52,549 nucleotides of DNA from Patescibacteria group bacterium (GTDB lineage: Bacteria; Patescibacteriota; Microgenomatia; Woykebacterales; RBG-16-39-9b), in contig JACZRW010000001.1 of the NCBI GenBank assembly GCA_022574495.1, positions 1 to 52,549 of the forward strand. The letters run 5' to 3'. The notes below the pieces were generated by a model that was given only the letters and a program-made list of their open reading frames with translations, did not search any database and had not been told where the DNA came from. Below are positions 47,888-52,549 of the stretch, piece after piece; positions within the stretch are counted from its first letter, which is position 1; the number at the start of each line of letters is the position of its first letter. Both the position numbers and the translations under genes were made by a program.

Positions 47888-49564
47888 ATGGTCAAAAGAT
47901 TTTTCCGCAACAGTACATCTATTCTTTTCCGACGTCAAAAAACGTTACTTTCTGCTGCAGTGATTATGATGTTTTTGATTTTTGCTTCAAGAGTTTTGGG
48001 GTTAGTGAGAAATTGGTTTTTGGCTGGTACTTTTGGAGCAGGACCAGAGCTGGATGCCTATAATGCTGGATTCGTATTACCAGATCTTATAGCGATTGTT
48101 CTAATAAACGGCGCACTTTCAGTCGCTTTTATACCAATTTTTACAACGTATTTAACTCAAAAAGGGAGTGAAGAAGCGTGGGAGATGGGGTCTTCGGTAT
48201 TAAATTTGTCTTTGCTAGTTTTTCTAGCTTTTGGAATAATAATTTTCTTATTTCCGCAACAATTAAATAGCTTAATCGTTCCAGGGTTAGATCCAGAAAC
48301 TGCCCAAACGGCAGCTAACATGACTAGGATAGTAGCCTTTGGAGAAATATTTTTGGTTATTGGGAGCTTTTTGACAGCAACCCTTCAGAGTTATCATCGA
48401 TTTATCGCTCCAGCCCTTGCGCCGGTTGCATATAATTTGGGGATTATATTTGGAATAGTTTTTTTGAGTAAAGCCTTTGGAATATATGGGGTTGGATTTG
48501 GTGTTGTAATCGGGGCCTTTTTTCACTTTCTCCTGCAGTTTTTAATGGTGAGAAGATTTGGTTATAAGTACTCGTTTAAGCTAGATTTCAAAAACCTTGG
48601 TTTTAGAAAAGTTATTAAATTATCGATTCCTAGATCTGCCGGTATAGGTTTGGCCCAACTTGAGTTAACCGTTAGTATATTTTTAGCCTCACTTCTAGCC
48701 TCTGGCTCTATCGCCATACTTAGGTTTTCTATAGATATTCAAAATCTTCCAATAGCATTGTTTGGGTCTACTATAGCAGTGGCTGCTTTCCCAACCTTAT
48801 CTTCTGAATGGGCTGGAAATAAACTGGAACAATTTAAAGCCACATTCTTATCATCCCTGCATCAAATTCTTTATTTAGCCATACCACTAAGTATTATTTT
48901 CGTTACTCTTAGAATTCCAATCGTCCGTCTGACTTTGGGTAGTGGTCTTTTTGATTGGGAAGATACAGTTGCCACGGCGACAACACTATCTTTCTTTTCC
49001 TTTGGAGTTTTCGCTCAAGCCGGTTTTTTGCTAGTATCGAGAGCGTTTTACTCAATGCATGATACAGTCACCCCACTAAGAGTAGCTCTCGCTAGTTTAG
49101 CGATTCATGTGATTGCCGGGATAATGTTTATGTTGGTATTGAATCTTCCTATCCAGTTTTTAGGGTTAGCGAGTGCAATATCTGGCGTTTTTAGCTTTTT
49201 CGTGCTACTTGCAATTCTAGATCGAAAGCTTGGGGGTTTTGATCGGAGAAAATTATTTATTCCAGTTGTAAAAATTGTGACTTCAGCCTTTGTCATGGCG
49301 GTAATTCTTTATATTCCTTTACACTTTAAGATTGGGGAAAAATACATCATTGATTTTATAATAGATACCACTCGGGCAATTAATTTACTTTTCTTGACGT
49401 TATTTGTGGCTTTCTTTGGATTTGCAATTTATGTTTTGCTTACTTGGTGGTTTAAATCAGAAGAACTGAAAAGTTTCTTAGGTTTAATACCAGATTTTAA
49501 GAAATTTACAAAGGCACTTAATTTTGAAGAAGTTGTAGACACAGACACAACCCCTAAATCATGA
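47888..49564 (+). CDS. murJ: Lipid II flippase MurJ (MviN)
   Basis: SRVLGLVR, DAYNAGF.LPD, GALSVAFIPIF and RAFYSMHDT.TP motifs. Confidence 0.95.
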   Translation: MVKRFFRNSTSILFRRQKTLLSAAVIMMFLIFASRVLGLVRNWFLAGTFGAGPELDAYNAGFVLPDLIAIVLINGALSVAFIPIFTTYLTQKGSEEAWEMGSSVLNLSLLVFLAFGIIIFLFPQQLNSLIVPGLDPETAQTAANMTRIVAFGEIFLVIGSFLTATLQSYHRFIAPALAPVAYNLGIIFGIVFLSKAFGIYGVGFGVVIGAFFHFLLQFLMVRRFGYKYSFKLDFKNLGFRKVIKLSIPRSAGIGLAQLELTVSIFLASLLASGSIAILRFSIDIQNLPIALFGSTIAVAAFPTLSSEWAGNKLEQFKATFLSSLHQILYLAIPLSIIFVTLRIPIVRLTLGSGLFDWEDTVATATTLSFFSFGVFAQAGFLLVSRAFYSMHDTVTPLRVALASLAIHVIAGIMFMLVLNLPIQFLGLASAISGVFSFFVLLAILDRKLGGFDRRKLFIPVVKIVTSAFVMAVILYIPLHFKIGEKYIIDFIIDTTRAINLLFLTLFVAFFGFAIYVLLTWWFKSEELKSFLGLIPDFKKFTKALNFEEVVDTDTTPKS

Positions 49565-51339
49565 ACGAGTTAGGAAAAATACGAAATTTTGCGATTTTGG
49601 CCCACATAGATCATGGAAAGTCCACTCTTGCCGATAGATTTTTGGAAATAACAAACACAGTTCCCACTGGAAAACTTATGGAACAGCACTTAGATAGGAT
49701 GGATCTTGAACGTGAAAAGGGGATAACAATAAAGCTGGCGCCAGTCTCCATGAATTGGAAAGGATATAGATTAAATTTAATCGACACTCCTGGTCACGTC
49801 GACTTTACTTATGAAGTATCTAGATCACTGGCGGCGGTTGAAGGAGTACTGTTATTGGTAGATGCTACCCAAGGAATTGAGGCTCAGACCCTTTCAAACT
49901 ACCTTTTATCCAAAGAGCAACGTTTAAATCTTATTCCGATTATTAATAAAATAGATTTGCCAAACGCTCAAGTAGAAAAAGTTAAAAAGTCTATGGTTGA
50001 CACGTTTGGATTTTCTGCAGATGAGATTTTAGAAGTATCAGCAAAAGAAGGTACTGGTATAGAGGAAGTTTTAGATGAAGTTATAAAAAGAATTCCCAAG
50101 CCTTATGGAGACATTAGTAAACCTTCAAGAGCCTTAGTTTTTGATTCAATGTACGACCAGTTTAAAGGGGTGGTTGCCTACGTTCGAGTCTTTGATGGAA
50201 AATTTAAAACCAAAGATAAAATTAAGTTGTTAGGAACGGATACTGAGGCAGAAGCTACTGAAGTAGGCTATTTTTCACCTGCACAGGAAAAGAAAGAGGA
50301 GATTAGCACGGGGGAGATAGGATACTTAGCGACGGGGTTAAAAAACGTCAATAAAGTTTCGGTGGGAGATACAATTACCTCGGCTACCAATCCTACAAGA
50401 GAAGCATTATCTGGGTATAAGCCATTCAAATCGATGGTTTTTGCAGGGATTTTCCCGGTAAATAGAGATGAATTTCCCAAACTTAAAGATGCCTTGGAAA
50501 AGCTGAAGTTGAACGATGCAGCGCTTTTGTACGAACCAGAAAACTCCCCAGCTTTGGGATTTGGGGTACGGGCTGGATTCCTAGGATTACTTCATATGGA
50601 GATTGTTCAGGAAAGGCTTGAGAGAGAATTCGATTTGGAGCTGATAATTACCTCGCCAACAGTAAGTTACAAGATATTGAAGACAGATGGTTCTACCCAA
50701 GAAATATCAAACCCAACCAAACTTCCGGAACAAACTAAAATAAAAGAAATACAAGAACCATGGATAAAAGGTTCTATAGTTACTTTGAATAATTATGTTG
50801 GCCCCATCACCCAACTCGTTCATGATAAAAGAGGACAAGTGGAAAATATGGAGTATTTTTCTGATAAGGTAAAAATTTCGACGAAACAACCACTAGCAGA
50901 AATTGTTTCGGATTTTTACGATCGGCTAAAAACTGTTTCTTCCGGGTTTGCGTCTTTTGATTGGGATTTAGATCAATATAAATCAATTGATGCAGTTAAA
51001 CTGGAGGTATTAGTCGCCAAAGAATCTGTAGACGCACTCTCGCAAATTGTCCCAAAAAAGAATGCCTACAATATTGGTAAGGCTTTGGTTGCAAGACTAA
51101 AAAAAGTGATTCCCCGCCAACAATTTGAAATTTCCTTGCAAGCCGCCATTGGAGGGAAAATAATTGCCGCCGAGCAAATACCACCATTTCGCAAGGATGT
51201 TACTCAGAAGTTGTATGGTGGTGATAGAACCCGCAAGGATAAGCTTTTAGACAAGCAGAAGAAAGGTAAAAGTCGGATGAAAAAAGTTGGTCGAGTCGAG
51301 ATACCGCAAGAGGCTTTCCTTAGTATCTTGAAAGTTTAA
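49561..51339 (+). CDS. lepA: Elongation factor 4 (LepA)
   Basis: [38 protein letters not shown] and PQEAF motifs. Confidence 0.98.
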   Translation: MNELGKIRNFAILAHIDHGKSTLADRFLEITNTVPTGKLMEQHLDRMDLEREKGITIKLAPVSMNWKGYRLNLIDTPGHVDFTYEVSRSLAAVEGVLLLVDATQGIEAQTLSNYLLSKEQRLNLIPIINKIDLPNAQVEKVKKSMVDTFGFSADEILEVSAKEGTGIEEVLDEVIKRIPKPYGDISKPSRALVFDSMYDQFKGVVAYVRVFDGKFKTKDKIKLLGTDTEAEATEVGYFSPAQEKKEEISTGEIGYLATGLKNVNKVSVGDTITSATNPTREALSGYKPFKSMVFAGIFPVNRDEFPKLKDALEKLKLNDAALLYEPENSPALGFGVRAGFLGLLHMEIVQERLEREFDLELIITSPTVSYKILKTDGSTQEISNPTKLPEQTKIKEIQEPWIKGSIVTLNNYVGPITQLVHDKRGQVENMEYFSDKVKISTKQPLAEIVSDFYDRLKTVSSGFASFDWDLDQYKSIDAVKLEVLVAKESVDALSQIVPKKNAYNIGKALVARLKKVIPRQQFEISLQAAIGGKIIAAEQIPPFRKDVTQKLYGGDRTRKDKLLDKQKKGKSRMKKVGRVEIPQEAFLSILKV

Positions 51340-51371
51340 TAAGCAAAAGCTTGCGTCTACTTCATAGACTA

Positions 51372-51470
51372 AAGCTTTTAGACAAACAAAAAAAGGGAAA
51401 GAGCAGAATGAAGCGGGTTGGGAAGGTTGATACCCCCCAAGAAGCGTTCCTTACGGTGTTAAAAGTATAA
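51372..51470 (+). pseudogene. Diverged duplicate of the last 33 codons of lepA
   Basis: Translates [32 protein letters not shown], versus lep[33 protein letters not shown]; shares the 14-bp core AAGCTTTTAGACAA with 51241-51254. Confidence 0.9.
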
Positions 51471-51508
51471 AAATTGACTTTTTTTCGCATTGGATACACA
51501 ATTAAATT

Positions 51509-52075
51509 GTGAATAAAAACTTACTTATCTTAGGAGTTTTACTGTTACTTGTTCTTGGATCTCTTCTTTTTATTTTCAAAGACAGAATTCCTATATTAAA
51601 TAATGATTACACTTTACCTAATAACCTCACTTATTCCCAAGATCCTGGTTGGAGTGATGTCTCAGGGGATGGGTGGACAATATCTTTCAAAAAAGACTGG
51701 AAACTAAGTCCCGTTCTTGATATACAAGGTTCTAAAAGCTATTCAAATAAAGAACAAGGAGATGATCTGATCCTTATTATTGTTAGTCTCCCAGCAGGAG
51801 GTTTTAAAAGTACCATTAAAGAAGAATTGGATGTATGGAAAATAGTGATAGAGACTCCCCAGAGCTCAAGACAATTAATTAAATCCCAGGAGCTGACAAT
51901 TAATGGGTACGAGTCAGGAATCATATTTTCTAAAGTCAAAGACAGAAACACCATCTGGCTCACTGTTTATGTAGATAAAAACGAAATAGTTTACACATTA
52001 GATATTTCCGTTACAGAAAATTTTTATAAATCGAATAAAGCTGATATTGAATACCTTATTTCTAGTTTTAGATAG
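51509..52075 (+). CDS. Hypothetical TM-anchored exported protein (possibly PsbP-like fold)
   Basis: N-terminal TM; WTISF.KDW, ING and C-terminal ISSFR pattern. Confidence 0.65.
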   Translation: MNKNLLILGVLLLLVLGSLLFIFKDRIPILNNDYTLPNNLTYSQDPGWSDVSGDGWTISFKKDWKLSPVLDIQGSKSYSNKEQGDDLILIIVSLPAGGFKSTIKEELDVWKIVIETPQSSRQLIKSQELTINGYESGIIFSKVKDRNTIWLTVYVDKNEIVYTLDISVTENFYKSNKADIEYLISSFR

Positions 52076-52105
52076 TGTAGTCTAATTCTTAGTTAGGATC
52101 CTATT

Positions 52106-52408
52106 GTGGAAAAGAAACAAAATATTACTAAAATTTTTGGTCTTAGAGATGAAAAAATTAAAGACTATTTAAGAAGCCATCCTGATGTCGCTGAAAGATT
52201 GGCTAATACCCTAATTTCTTTAGAATCACAAAGAAAAAAAGATAATAAATCTGCGTCTGCTATTGGAGCACTAGGTTTGCATGTACACCGAATACCAGAT
52301 AAAGAATTCTTTCACCAACCGAAGCATTTAATTGTGTTTACATTGCTCTTTATATTAATTCTTATTTTTACGGTCACTTTTCTGGCAAGCCTTTTTTATA
52401 ATATTTAA
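52106..52408 (+). CDS. Hypothetical protein with a C-terminal TM
   Basis: ORF fills the gap; hydrophobic C-terminus. Confidence 0.6.
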   Translation: MEKKQNITKIFGLRDEKIKDYLRSHPDVAERLANTLISLESQRKKDNKSASAIGALGLHVHRIPDKEFFHQPKHLIVFTLLFILILIFTVTFLASLFYNI

Positions 52409-52425
52409 AATTAATTACACTACCC

Positions 52426-52462
52426 TTGACATCATTTAGCACTCATGTTAGAGTGTTGCTAC
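52426..52462 (+). promoter_or_regulatory. hrcA promoter overlapping a CIRCE operator
   Basis: TTGACA 52426-52431, 17 bp, TAGAGT; perfect left CIRCE arm TTAGCACTC 52436-52444, N9, degenerate right arm tgtTGCTAc. Confidence 0.8.
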
Positions 52463-52480
52463 CCAAATTTAGGTTCAATT

Positions 52481-52549
52481 ATGTCTGATATTTCTGATAG
52501 ACAAAAGGAACTTCTCCGAGCAGTAATCGAGGAATACATAAATACCGCC
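52481..52549 (+). CDS. hrcA: Heat-inducible transcription repressor HrcA, N-terminus (runs off the window edge)
   Basis: MSDISDRQKELLRAVIEEYINTA; CIRCE upstream; lepA-hrcA neighbourhood. Confidence 0.88.
   Translation, partial: MSDISDRQKELLRAVIEEYINTA

Overview
AT-rich bacterial chromosome segment (standard code). Its gene content points to a Patescibacteria/CPR, probably Microgenomates-like, genome; this is an inference from the orphan solute-binding proteins, PEGA/SH3, LCP/FemAB/3D/M23 cell-wall genes, short MetG and PGK, and pilN/pilO. The backbone is housekeeping: galU, groES-groEL, ECF sigma/anti-sigma, tRNA-Cys, a glycosylation operon, tatD, metG, rmuC, two UvrD helicases, trxA, pgk, tpiA, holA, rpsT, murJ, lepA and the start of hrcA. 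Many backbone genes appear leaderless. Five or six GC-richer, all plus-strand cassettes interrupt the backbone (5.8-7.6, 15.5-19.0, 28.8-29.6, 32.5-33.3 and 36.3-37.1 kb). They have strong Shine-Dalgarno sites and GC-rich terminators, and most have their own promoter and a structured leader. Three share the motif CCYATAGTnnTTGAC fused to a canonical sigma70 promoter. Their cargo is a HrpA/Prp43-like DEAH helicase, a frameshifted foreign fatty-acid desaturase between ~85-bp direct repeats, small orphan proteins, and a 58-aa basic peptide inside an ~800-nt structured locus. Also missed by the ORF track: the N-terminus of a phage major capsid gene (N4-gp56/DUF4043-like) at the left edge, and a diverged duplicate of the lepA 3' end that looks like an integration scar.
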